From: Cenococcum geophilum
Lineage: Eukaryota
DNA length: 64,000 nucleotides
Reading direction: 5' to 3'
NCBI GenBank assembly: GCA_050273025.1
Contig: CP158635.1
Coordinates: 33,170,001-33,234,000 of the forward strand
Positions 42,325 through 53,832 of the stretch are shown here, piece by piece. Both the position numbers and the translations under genes were made by a program. Positions within the stretch are counted from its first letter, which is position 1, and each line of letters begins with the position of its first letter. Under the pieces are notes generated by a model. That model was not told the origin of the DNA and made no database searches. It was given only the letters and a program-made list of their open reading frames with translations.

Positions 42325-42645
42325 AAGAATATAAGAATAAAAACGCCCTAAAGCCCTAATACAGCTGCCTGCCAAATTCTGCTAGTACCGTAACTTTAGA
42401 TATTTAGGAACTTCTACTACTGGTTAAAGTTGTCTTATTAGTTAGATCCTTACCAAGATTTTTAGCGGCTCTTTTAGCCTATTACGTTCCACATAACCTA
42501 TAGTTACCTTTTATACTTAGTCCAGACGCACTTATGTCTTCTTCTTCTCCTTATCTTATATTTTGTAATCTTGCGTTTTATAAGCCTAGTGCTATTTTAT
42601 TCCTAACTAAGCCTAAAGATAGGCTTTCTTTCAAAAGGGGGGTAA

Positions 42646-42856
42646 TATAACGGCACTGTGGCACATTACCTACCAAATTCTGCCATATTCTGCCAACCTA
42701 CGATTAGCTCGCCTATTATTAGCGCCTTGGCGGCTGCCCCTATATATTTGTTTATTTCGGTCCTAGCGACCCCTTTTTTCTTCTTTTTAGCTTAGTATCT
42801 TTATAATATAGCGTTCTATAAGCTTTAGTTTAGAGGCATTTATATAAGCCGTAACA
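42646..42856 (+). repeat. 3' LTR of A' (211 bp)
   Basis: Matches 19255-19465; PPT aaaagggggg upstream. Confidence 0.93.
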
Positions 42857-43930
42857 TTCTATATCCTTATCCTATTTATAGTTTTGTAAATATATTTAAG
42901 TTCCTTTTTAGGAAGAAAGAGTAGTATAAGCCATAAATAATATTAGTAACTTAGTTAATTAAGGTATAAGTATAGCAAGAGGGATGCGTAAGCCTATATA
43001 ATTAGGTTGTCTATAAACAAGGATCTAAAGCTAGAGAAAGGAAAAGATAAGTAGCGCCGCTTAAAGTTTTATACAATCTCTTAGTTATATAACTACAGCT
43101 ATCCGCCAAGTTCTGCCAGTGCTATAATATTACGTAGTAACTACTTTAATAACTCCCTAGCGGTAATTATTTCCAAAGGTTTTATAGGGTTAGATAGACT
43201 AGCCGTGGCTTTTTAGTCTACTCTTTTATAAATAAAGGAGATGCGCTCCTCTAGGGAGACTCTGTTAGCCTCTTATAGTAAAGGCGTTATTTTATAGGGT
43301 AAAGTAATATAGCCCGTTATTAATAATTAATAGCTATACATTCCTTCTATAATGGATTATAAGCGATTAGAATTATAAAAGGCTAGTTTAACTAGAATAT
43401 CTAATTATCTAATTAATAGTATAGAATAAGAGTTGTAGGTAAGTAAAAGATAAGTTAAAGATAAGTTAAAGGTAGAATAAGCTTTACGTATTAAAGGACA
43501 AATACTTTCTAACTTCTTCTATTTAAAGACTAATTGCTAGTTCTTCTTTAGAGGAGAACTAGCTCCCTTTATAATCCTTTTAAACCATTAGTAAAACCCT
43601 TTACCCCTTATCTATCTAACTATATCTTCTTTAGGATATTAGTGGGATATTAGTAAAACCTTTATCTATTTTATCTAATATATACCTTTTAGGGGAGCCC
43701 GTTATATATTACTATACTATATATAAGTGCTATGTAGTATAATATAGGGTATATTATATAGGAGAAAGGGGGCGCCAAAGGTAGATATTATAATTTAAAT
43801 AATTAACTAGAATGTATACATAAAGACGTAATAGCTATATTACGTTTCCGTTAGGGTTTACCCTCCTAGTAAAAAAATTCCATAATACTACTACGTCGCT
43901 ACGCCCGCGCTGCGCCGCTATATATACGTC
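42857..43930. other. Unclassified RIP'd repeat relic
   Basis: TpA-rich and CpA/TpG-depleted; no termini or domain recognised. Confidence 0.4.
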
Positions 43931-45196
43931 TTTATATTTACTTTAGTTTATTAATACGATTATAATAGAATACTAATAGTACTACTAGGCTTTTAGGCTT
44001 TACCATATAGAGGTATAAAGGCCGATTTTATAGAGCTTAGTACGTTAGGATATCTTTCTTCTATACCGTTTTAGAAGAAGTAGGAGCTTTAGAAGCTTTA
44101 AGAGCTTTATCTGCCTTAGGGGCTCTATAAGCTTACTATATTAGCGCTAAGCTAAGCTCTATTCTTCTATTATACGGCCTTTAATTATTATTAATTTTAA
44201 TATATTTCGACTAGTTAATATATAGATATTACGTAGTTACTGGCTTAGTTTTATTTATCAAATTTAACCCTTAAGGTTAAGGCCTAATTTGGTAATACTA
44301 GCTCTACTACTAGTAAAAAGTCTTTAATTACTTGGTCACCTTATATGTCTAATAGTTTAATCCTTTAATAATTATTATATATCTTCTCCTACTACTATAG
44401 CTAGGCTTTAAAATTCTATTTCTTTTGGCCCTTTTTAACCTTAGCGTATTAGTAGATGGGTAGAGCTAATATATAGTATCGGTAGAGGTAACCCTCTCCT
44501 TAAGAGCAACTAGAGTGTTATATACTAAGCCAATACCTAGTATATAGGTATTTAGATTTCTAGTTCCTTTACTAGTAATATAGCTTTGTAAAGAGGTTAA
44601 ACCTACTTTTTACTTCTTATATTTCTTCTTTACTATTTTATACCTCTTATAGAGATTTAAAAGCTTATTCTTCTTATTTTTAGAAAGAGCTATATATAAG
44701 GTTATTTCTAGCTTTACACCTAAAGGCTTAAGAAAGACTGGTTTATATAATTGGAGCAACTAATCCCATCTAGTTAAGGGGTTAACGTATTCCTATGTCT
44801 TCTATTTGGGCTTAAAGCCTAATAAAGTCGATCTATTTATCTTAATTAGCTTAGCTTAATAATATTACAATTACAGCAATAACCTAGATAGGTAGCTAAG
44901 AAGTTATTTTAAAAGGTACTTATAGAAAGAACAAAGGATTTAGTAATAAATAGTAATTTAATAAGGTGTATAATTAATTAAATTAGTTAATTAAATAGGG
45001 GCAATACGGCAAGTAACCTAGGCTTATAACTATTAATCGGAATATTAATAAATAAGGACTCTATCTATTAAATATGGCTCTAAGACCTTTATATATATAT
45101 AAGGTATAGGCAATAGGAAAGAAAATGGGGGTAGTAATAGAAATAAGGGGTAGGTAATTAAGTTAGGGTGGCAAGACAACTTGATTCAGGTCGACA
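43930..45196 (-). mobile_element. Truncated Ty1/Copia element H (5' LTR, PBS and gag remnant)
   Basis: 166-bp LTR 45031-45196 (minus strand begins TGTCGA); PBS gttataagcc resembles the fungal Copia GGTTATGAGCC; gag-like *EYVNP...LVALKERVTSTD; left boundary approximate. Confidence 0.7.
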
Positions 45197-45231
45197 TATC
45201 TAGACCATATACTTTATATTAATTCTCACGC

Positions 45232-48200
45232 TCAATCCTCCATGTTATCTCCACTCTGCCTAAAACAGTTACTCCCTGATCTAGTGACGGTCGTTTTCAA
45301 TTTTCTAATACCCGACCGTAGAGTCATTCTTCGAAGTCCTCTTACTAGAGATCGAGGTTGGGTTTGCCTGCCAAGAATCAGTAAATTGCACTTCTCCATT
45401 AGAAATTGGCTGAAGGATTTGATGCTAGAGTATTCAAAAGACCCTGGCGCTGCTACGCAATCGTTCAAGTACACTGAAGCTATAATTGTCGTTTTGGTTT
45501 CGAAAATATGTATATATATATCCAGAGAAAACGAGGATGGAAGGGCAAGAGAAGAAAAAGAGACTTTCTGAGCCTCACATTTGAACTCTAAATATCTTGA
45601 CGTCGTGCGTTGCATGGGAAGGCTAATGTCTGTATGGCCGAGCGGGCGGCATTCCTCTCCCCGTTTGTTTTTTAATGGCCATGGTATCATAGAAAATCGT
45701 CGAATGTTGGGGTTCCATTATACCAACATCGACAAGGGTATTTGCCTGACCCCACGGTATTCCTTTATTAAGGTATCGGAGGAAACGCTGCAGGCTTGTC
45801 CAATAATGATATATATCCTTGGGTTCCTTCCTCCAAGCAGCTACATGTGATACATTGGATTCGGAAATCGAGTTTGGATTACGCCGACTGTATTGAAATG
45901 GAAGATTCCAAAGAACATCATGCTTAGTCTCGTTATAGCATGCCGGTAACGAATGTCGGATAGTATGGTACAAGAATCCTGTCTCAAGGATGTTACTGAC
46001 GACCTGCGGCGGCACGGTGTCTAGCGAATTTTCGAACATATTTCCATCCGTTGCAAATATGCAGATACACTACCGATCCTCTCCTGGTAGGTTAATCAAC
46101 GATTCCACCATCAAAGTCCTAAACGGAGACAATATCAAACCTCTAGAAGACGGGAAGCGATAACAATCTCCCTTGAGTTCTTCTGCCTTTTTGCAACGAG
46201 TACAGAACTCTTTCTCGTGGTCTTGGGCCTTTGAGATTTCGCGCACCCTTTCGGACGTGCGAATAAAAGATATATTACGGATTGGAGGGACGTTTTTAAG
46301 GACAACAGCCGTAGTCGTACGAGTTTCACGAGAAGTGTTGGAGAACACGTTAGAGGGCACTGCGCTTCTCGACCCTTTTCGCATAAAGTGGTGGAACCTC
46401 TGGACAAATTTTGACATTTTTGGATTGCTATTGGCTTGGAATCCCAAGGCTTGGCAGTCCGATCCATGTTGTGGAAGAGCATACGCAGACAACCGAACAC
46501 AGGAAACAGCAGCTATGAGAGCCTGATTTCGAGAAATATTTAGAAAGCAGTCCATGCTCTCTAAAACTATTCGTCCACTGCATAATCGAGCAGTTTGTGG
46601 TATTGACGTAATGTTGTTCATGCTATTTCTCCAACTCGCACTTGATACTAGCATTTTAAAGGCTGATTTGGAGATTTCTAGATAGGTTATTTCCCTTGCA
46701 ATACGCCATGATGTGTTCAGAAAGGACCTGACCTCAAGGCAGATATAGAATGCGGTTGTCGACATATTTGTCTCATCTTCCGCTTTGATCCTTGCCCTCC
46801 CAGTCCAAGCTTCCTCGAGTAGGTCAAGATCTTTGCCACTAAGCTGGAGTATCTCGTCCCATCCAGAAAAAAATTAAGAATATCTCGCGCGGTTTTTTTT
46901 TATTTCGTTCCATTAGTATCTTTTCTAATTCCGCTCGTGGCCTGGAGGAGATGATTGATATTATCCTCAGTGACGTATAGAGCATCCAAACGAAACGAAA
47001 TATGGGATGCAAGCTTGAGCGTCGCAACTGCTCTGGATTGAATAGATAACGGTAACAGAGTCTGTTCATTTAATGCCACGGCTACAAAGCCGTCACCAAT
47101 GTCTAGAGGCGGCTGAATCCAATTTGATATGCTGGTCTTCTCTGCCTTCATTGAAGGAATATCGCTATCAGTAGTTAAGGTGACTTGATCGTATGCCTTA
47201 CCACTTGCAAGACATTTCAAGCGCCTTAAGATAGAAGGTCGATATAAATTCCTCGCCCAGTCAAAGACATAATTCACAATAAGGAGGAGTCGGAGGGCAT
47301 CATCTTTTGATAATATACATCCATGCCAGAGCTGGGTAATCTCCTACCTAGCTTGTCAGTCACATAAAACTTACGGAGTCGAAGTATACAATAAAACAGG
47401 AGTAGGCGTCAACAATATACTCGTTTACTTACACACCCCGATTTTTCTCCGATCTTTTTGATATAGCACGTATACACCCGCCAGGCATCCCCGCGATAGG
47501 CGAAGAACCAAACAAGAGGTGGGGGACCTGATATTTGGTTGGCTGCTTTCTCCTGCAGCTTCTCCTGTAATTTCAACAGAAGCAATATTGGAAAGGAGGT
47601 CTGGACTCGTATATCATCGAAGCCATTGGGACTATGTTCAGACTTCGCTTCGACGACAAGGAAAGGGAAAAGAAGAGGATCTGGTTCGTATTTAAATGGG
47701 CTAGTCGCCACTAGATCCCCGATTGTGTTGCATGCAACCGTCGATGGAAAATCCATAGGCTTGGAGAGTAGTATCTCAAAAATTTTGGTGGCTCGTAGTC
47801 CATAGATTCGATCTGGCTTTTTCTTAGGAAGGGCCAACCCCTCGACAGGATTATGTCCAGCCGCTTCTTCGGCCCGATCATCAAATATGGAGTTTGTGCC
47901 GATCTCATAGTTTCCGATTATCTTAATTATGACCCAAGCGTTGGTGATGTTGTTCACTCACATGTCTTGCGGGCGAGTATCAGGTGGACATTCGCATGCC
48001 GTACGGGATTTCCTCCGTTCCTCTAGCTGACGGGCTATATTATCGTCGGGTTCGTAGATAGAAGCTTCAATTTCCGATCTCCAAATCCGAGCGCGACACG
48101 TAGGACTGCGATTCATGTCAGTAAGAAGCCCGAGGTCTTTCAGAATGCTTTATATACCAAGCAACTTCGAAGCTAAATCGGCGAAATACATCGTTCTCTA

Positions 48201-48486
48201 GCCCAAATCTCCAACCAGCCTCATTGCGTTCCTGCGTGAATAGCCGAGAAGCACGTTCGGTCAACCATTCAGCTCGAAGTTTGGTTTGCTCTCTCCAGGG
48301 TTCCTCGCTAGAACGGATTCCAATACTAGCACAAAAGGTATCAAAGCTCTGACTGCCGATTTTGCGGATATCCCCAAAGGTGCAACGATGCGCAGCTGGC
48401 CATTCCTCTGCAGATAGTGGAGGTTTGAAAATTATCCCATAACGCTTAGCTAGTCGACGGAGATCATTATCGGGCTGATTTTCCAT
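45232..48486 (-). pseudogene. Multi-exon fungal hypothetical gene with a PD-(D/E)xK-like motif; disrupted
   Basis: ORF pieces join across GT-AG introns (~48156-48107, ~47431-47345) into KKPDRIYGL...FPFLVVEAKSE...LWHG...LLLIVNYVFDWAR. In-frame stops at 46900-46902 and 46070-46072; frameshift at the A7 run 46867-46873. Confidence 0.7.
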
Positions 48487-50022
48487 GAAGTTCTGGCTTC
48501 CAAAATAGAGCGCCTTAAAATGTATGGAGATTCAAAGTCACACCGGTTCTCGATCAGTAGTTATCACAGCGGGGCAGCTTGAAGGTTAAATGAGTGCCTT
48601 ATTAACCACGCCGCACCAGCCCCATGGGCTGTACAAGCCACTAGCGCTTCAAGGTCCAGACCCAACCCCCTGCCTATCTAAATTTAGACTGATTTTAATT
48701 ATGGCGACCATTAGCTATACAGACTCTCACAGCATGTCATGACGACTCCGATTTATGGAGGGGTGCGGATAGGAGTCTGAGTTCGGTAGGAGTGCAAAAA
48801 AACGAGAAACCATGACTAGTCAGCTACTACTATTTCTATACAATTCCGTACGTGCTACGTAGTCACCAGAAATATTTTATGTTTCTTTAAAGTGACAATT
48901 CTTTCATCTTCTGTAGATTTCAAAGAACAAGTTTCGCCTTAACGTGGGTATGAAGCGCGATTTATTTTGTAGTTGCCATCAGGTATCCCCTAACCCGTCA
49001 GGTATGTGGTCTGTGCGCGAATACCGGGAACGAGACTACGCGTGCTCTCTAGTTGTAAAATTCAACTATTGGCTCAATTTGGCTGTAGTATCCGCAAGAT
49101 ACCGTTCTGCAGGAACGATGCCTGACGGCAGCCTCATATTGAGCGACTTAACTCCAAAGGATAAGCTTGCATAGAGATTTTGTATAAGAATTAAGCAATA
49201 TCAAAGGCTTCAAATATCTAAGCGCGGCTATCGAATCTGGTTAATCTAATGAGCTGGCGCTTATCGATAAGCTTCGGACCCAAATCGACGTGTTAAGGGA
49301 TAGCAGTAAGCCTTTCAAGCTTACCACTGTCCTCTTAGCTCGGCGGACCCTCGGGGGTCAGCCACGGCAAGACCTAGAGGCAAAACCTAGAAGCAGCAAG
49401 GTAACGTTACCTGGGTAGATAAATGGCAGATCACATCAGTAGCCAAGACTCTGATGTATCCCATGCGCCGTCACGAAAGGTGCTTCTTTTCCTGACCTAA
49501 CTAGAGGCTCTAGATTTGATTAAGTCTTGGCAAAATTAAGTTGCAGATTTGATCAATTAATTATAACCCAATATTATATAGTAATAAAGCTTAAATTTAA
49601 TATATGATACGACTCCAGGTTAAACAAGGTCTGCATTATTGGAAGAACGTTTACAGCCTATTATGGTGGTTTAATCACGATAAGAAGCTATATCCCTTGC
49701 AACGTCAGGGTCCTCAGAGTAAGTGGTCCGTGCGGGAAAACCCACAAATTTCTAAGTACAGGCACCGAATCCAGCTAATTTGATTGGTTAGTTCTTATCG
49801 ATAACCTGAGGACCCATTTTGACGTTGCAAGGGATAGAGACGCATGTTGATGTTTTGGTGTTCGCGCACGGGCCACAATAAAAGGAGCACCTTGACGGCG
49901 CATGGGATAAACACATGCTGAGCTGCATACCAACCTTACTCTCCTATTTATATCTGCTGAAAGCATCAAACCTCTCATTAACTCATCAATTCCTGTCCTA
50001 CATTTCCGGACAGCCAATTAGC

Positions 50023-50642
50023 ATACTGCTTATATTCAATCTCTTTCTCACCCTCGTCTTCTCCGCCCTCTGCACCACAGCTCCAGTTCTAGATACTCGT
50101 GTTGCCGTCCCCCACAAACGCGACATACCAAAACTGTCTTACGTCGTCGCCAACCTTGGCGTCTTTGAAGCAAACCCAAATCTCGGCGTCCAGTCTTTCA
50201 TATCATTCCTCTTCTCCAACCCCAATCCCACCACCAAAATTGAAGCCGACTGTCTCCGCAGCCTCAATACGAGCTCTGGCCTCTACACAAACTCGTTCTT
50301 CTCCTGTGGTGCATCACCGTATGGCTTCAGGTATCGTAGTGACGGTATAGACCTGCAGAGAGTATGGAGCGACCCTCGTGAGTAGCGCCTTGAGCCTGAA
50401 ACCTTACACGCAAATGAAAGCCCTCTCATTCCCTTCAAAATTCCAGAACTATCCCTGCTCCATCAAGCAACTGATTCCGCTCACATCCGTCTAGTTCGAA
50501 TGGTGAACCGTCCACCACCATCATCGCCTATGCGGCTAACCAAACCTTCTGGGGATCTACCAACACGTTAACTTCGCCGTTCGGCAGGTTCTACTTCCGC
50601 GAGGAGCCCTTCTACTTCCTTGTCACCCAACTTGTTGCTTAA
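50023..50642 (+). CDS. Small secreted protein (two Cys, possibly Alt a 1/AA1-like fold), two exons; may be damaged
   Basis: Signal-peptide-like LLIFNLFLTLVFSALCTTAP and KR site; intron ~50378-50494; exon 2 SNGEP...FLVTQLVA*. The natural start position (50023) is ATA; the in-frame ATG is upstream at 49915. Confidence 0.55.
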
Positions 50643-51277
50643 GTGGCCCCTGGATCTTCAGTCCGTAGGCAAATAGACGTCACCAGTTATAGCCGTTGCA
50701 GGATATTTGCAGGATCGAAGAAAGGGGATGGACTGACTGCATCTGAGCCAGTTGGTACAATGAACGAGGCTCAGAAGTTCCAAGCAATATGCTGTGTCGA
50801 GATTAATGTTTATAAGAATAAATAAATACCTGAAAAGCTTTAATACAATGAACTTATATATTTCAAAAATCTATATTATTATCAGAGAAGTCATGGCAAT
50901 GCTTCATGGTGCTACGAAATCTCTTAGGTTGCCAAAGTGACCCTGAAGGGGTGTACTTGACACTTAATGGGCTACTAGAGCAGTCTAGAGGATCGAGATG
51001 ATTCAAGTCCGTTCAACAGACTACGTGAACAACCATGCGCCCTTCAGACTAAATAGCATCATGAATATTTATTGCAATTGCACATACTCGTCAGGGCATG
51101 TGTAGAGTTTTACGGTCTTTAGTCACAAACAAGAATGATTCAACTTAGAACCCACCACCGGACTCAGGTAATGCAAACGGGCGATCAGACGCGCTCAATT
51201 TCTATAACTCAGAGCATAAGGATACAGGTATGAACACTAGCAATACAGATTTCCATCACGAAAACAAGTCTACGAAT

Positions 51278-53305
51278 CTAGTCCACCAGCAGTGTCTGCA
51301 ACCTCGCCTCCGTCGCAATTACGTCCAACGCCTGCCGCACCTCCAACACCCTTCTCACCTCCCCCAGCCAGTCCCGACTCAGCACCTTCGCCCAGCCGTC
51401 TAGCCCGTTCATCTCCCGCGCCGCGCCGTCCAGATCACCCTCCTCAAGAAGCACTTCTGTGCGTGCGAGCACGGCTTCGACATCCGCCCCCACCGCCAGT
51501 CCCGATTTCTTGAAGAGGAATTTGCTCATTGCTAGACTCGCCAGATGGCTTGCCACGCCCGCGTCTTCCGGCAATAGGGCTGCTTTGCGCACTTCGGCCG
51601 CGACTCGGCGGAAGCGGTCGATCAGCTGAGATGCCGTGGGGATGCCACGCTGGTAGGCAGCGGGGTTGATGCTCGCAATGGCGGCCGCGACAACGGGATC
51701 ATCTGCAGCGATCTCCTTCAGAGCAGCCAGCTCTGTGGTGAAGGGTTTCGGGGCGTCGGCCTTCTCGAGCGTGGTTTTCACAGCCTCGACCGCCACTACG
51801 AGGTGCTGGGTTTTCAGGTTCGCGTCGACGACAGAGTTCCACTCGGCTGTGAGCTTCTCGAGTTCGTGAATAGAGTCGGATAATTCGGTCAACTTGGACA
51901 AGCGGCCATCGCGTTCGGTTTCGACGCGGTCACGAATGGTCGAGGAGAAGGAGCGCTGCAGGGCGATGGATTGTTCAAGCAGTTCGTTCTTCAGGCGCTG
52001 GTTGTGGACTTTCTGAGCAACCTCAAGCTCCGACTGCAGTTTCTGCTTGTAACTTTGGGCAAGTTTCTCGCGCTCACTCTCATACTCCTCTTTCCAGTGA
52101 GCTTCTTGCTCCTGCATTTGCTGATCAAGACGACTAATTAGCTCCCTGGCAGCAGAATCGAACTCAGTATGTGCCACACGGATTTTTTCCTCGGCCGCTT
52201 TCTGCTCATTTTCCTTCAGTGCGGTAATGTCCGAGATAACTTTCCCGAGGTCAGATTTCGCTTTGGAAATGACAGAGCTGTATTTCGAGGCAGCAGCATC
52301 AGCGTTAATAACCGTGATAATGTCATTGAGGATCTTGACGACGTCTTGAACTACAGGCTCTTTGGCAGATGGGACCTCGAGGTTGTCAACCAGAGGTGCG
52401 GTTGAAGCAGGCGCGGACACAGATTTTGCGGGTTCTTCTTTCTTGGGTTCCGCCTTCACGGCTCCCTTGGGCAGGAGATTATGTGTTGCAGATTCCGTGG
52501 GCTTCTCTTTAGCCGGAAGAGCCTCTTTCTTGGTTTCCTCCACAGGCTTCTGGGTTGCAGGTGTAGGCTGTGACGCAACATTCTGCGGCTCTTGTTTGCC
52601 CGAAGAAGTTGGAGGCTTGGCCTCTTCTACAGCGCTCAAATGCCTTCCTTTTAATGCCAGATCGCTGCGTTTGCTGTCCCCATTCTCAGCAACACGCCAC
52701 GAAAGCCCATGCTTGCTCGGAATTGTAATCTTGGGCTCGCCCTTGACTTGCGGATGCAAGCGTGGAGTGCCTGCCTGGCCGGGGAAACGTCTACGGAATT
52801 CGCGCTCCTCAAAGTAGCCAACGGCATCCTCGCCAAAGGGTACATATTCGGTGAAGAAGTCGTGGAAGTTGTCAGAGACCAGCGAGTAGTATACACCACC
52901 TGCGTAACCAAGCGCAGACAAGATAAGCAATTGGATTATAAAGCGGCGGAATCGACGTTTCTTCGGCTTCGGAGCTTGAGGCTGGGGTGCTACATTCGAA
53001 GAGCCAGTACCGGTGGGTGGAGTTGCAGCAGGACTCACAGCGGGTGCAGAGCGCACCTCTCCGGATGCTGGAGGGGTCTTCGGTACATCATTAGGAGGAA
53101 TCGTGCCAGTTTTTATAGGTGATAGGTTTGATGGTGTTGTCAATGGCGGAGAAGGGATTTCGGCATTGGCGCTTGTGCTCTGAGAGCCGGGCAGCAGCGT
53201 CTCGTCGGGTTTCTTGCTATCAGCGAAGAAACGATGGGCGACACGCCATTGAAGGCGGGCAGCAGGTGCAATTGGCCTAGCTCTTAAAAAAGAGGCACGC
53301 AGCAT
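51278..53305 (-). CDS. MIC60: MICOS complex subunit Mic60 (mitofilin/Fcj1), 675 aa, single exon
   Basis: Arg-rich mitochondrial presequence, TM segment followed by DNFHDFFTEYVPFGE, coiled coil, C-terminal mitofilin domain (GDLDGAAREMNGLDGWAKVLSRDWL). Confidence 0.96.
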   Translation of the reverse strand: MLRASFLRARPIAPAARLQWRVAHRFFADSKKPDETLLPGSQSTSANAEIPSPPLTTPSNLSPIKTGTIPPNDVPKTPPASGEVRSAPAVSPAATPPTGTGSSNVAPQPQAPKPKKRRFRRFIIQLLILSALGYAGGVYYSLVSDNFHDFFTEYVPFGEDAVGYFEEREFRRRFPGQAGTPRLHPQVKGEPKITIPSKHGLSWRVAENGDSKRSDLALKGRHLSAVEEAKPPTSSGKQEPQNVASQPTPATQKPVEETKKEALPAKEKPTESATHNLLPKGAVKAEPKKEEPAKSVSAPASTAPLVDNLEVPSAKEPVVQDVVKILNDIITVINADAAASKYSSVISKAKSDLGKVISDITALKENEQKAAEEKIRVAHTEFDSAARELISRLDQQMQEQEAHWKEEYESEREKLAQSYKQKLQSELEVAQKVHNQRLKNELLEQSIALQRSFSSTIRDRVETERDGRLSKLTELSDSIHELEKLTAEWNSVVDANLKTQHLVVAVEAVKTTLEKADAPKPFTTELAALKEIAADDPVVAAAIASINPAAYQRGIPTASQLIDRFRRVAAEVRKAALLPEDAGVASHLASLAMSKFLFKKSGLAVGADVEAVLARTEVLLEEGDLDGAAREMNGLDGWAKVLSRDWLGEVRRVLEVRQALDVIATEARLQTLLVD

Positions 53306-53832
53306 GATGGGCTGCTCAAGAGCGCAAGGTGGTGACCGGTTGGGGGGTGTGACGATAGCTGCCCTGTCACACTCGGAAAGAAACAAAGTTGAAATGCGGC
53401 CTATCCCGAGCTCCGCTGATCACGGGAAGTTGACGCGAACACCACAACCCGGTCACTATATTCAAGACGGCTATCATCAATTCAGACTTTTCTGCGAAAA
53501 TTTTATCAACATACTGTAGGAGACTATTGTTCAGTCGGTCACCTTGAAAGCAAGACTTTTCATCATAGTTGAATTTCTTAAATATGGGTAGGCCCACTAG
53601 ATATTTGTTGCTCATTCACTGCCTCATCAACAAAACATCCTTAACAAAACATCCTTACACAATACAGTTAGAATATATCCAGCAAGACTCCACAACAGCT
53701 CCCTTAAACAAAACTTCCCTTCTCCTTCCAGGCGAGCAGATAAACACAGCAATAAGCCAACCCAAACGCTAACTTAAGGCGTTATACATACATCCAGAGC
53801 ATCGGCTTAGTTATCATCCATCCAGGCCGCCA

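Larger units (their letters stand above)
19741..42856 (+). mobile_element. Second, 5'-truncated copy of the Gypsy A family (A'), interrupted by D, E and a solo LTR
   Basis: 19741-21017, 27191-29123 and 41857-42856 are collinear with A 1364-4619 plus 18572-19465; differences are mostly transitions. Confidence 0.93.

Noticed and set aside
42218..42336. 5'-truncated LINE with a 13-bp TSD (aaagaatRtaaga)
   Set aside because: TGTAA...TTACA ends with a perfect 5-bp TSD explain it more simply.
6346..42375. Short ORFs in the AT-rich block as functional genes
   Set aside because: They are stop-free fragments or antisense shadows of RIP'd TE genes, rich in I/L/Y/K/N.
43588..43695. Degenerate ~60-bp direct duplication (attagtaaaacc...)
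   Set aside because: Only two poor copies in an unclassified RIP relic; no interpretable structure.
53306..53386. N-terminal extension of MIC60 in the ORF track (likewise 56032-56130 for the vWA gene)
   Set aside because: These start at non-ATG codons; the targeting peptides begin at ATG 53305 and ATG 56031.
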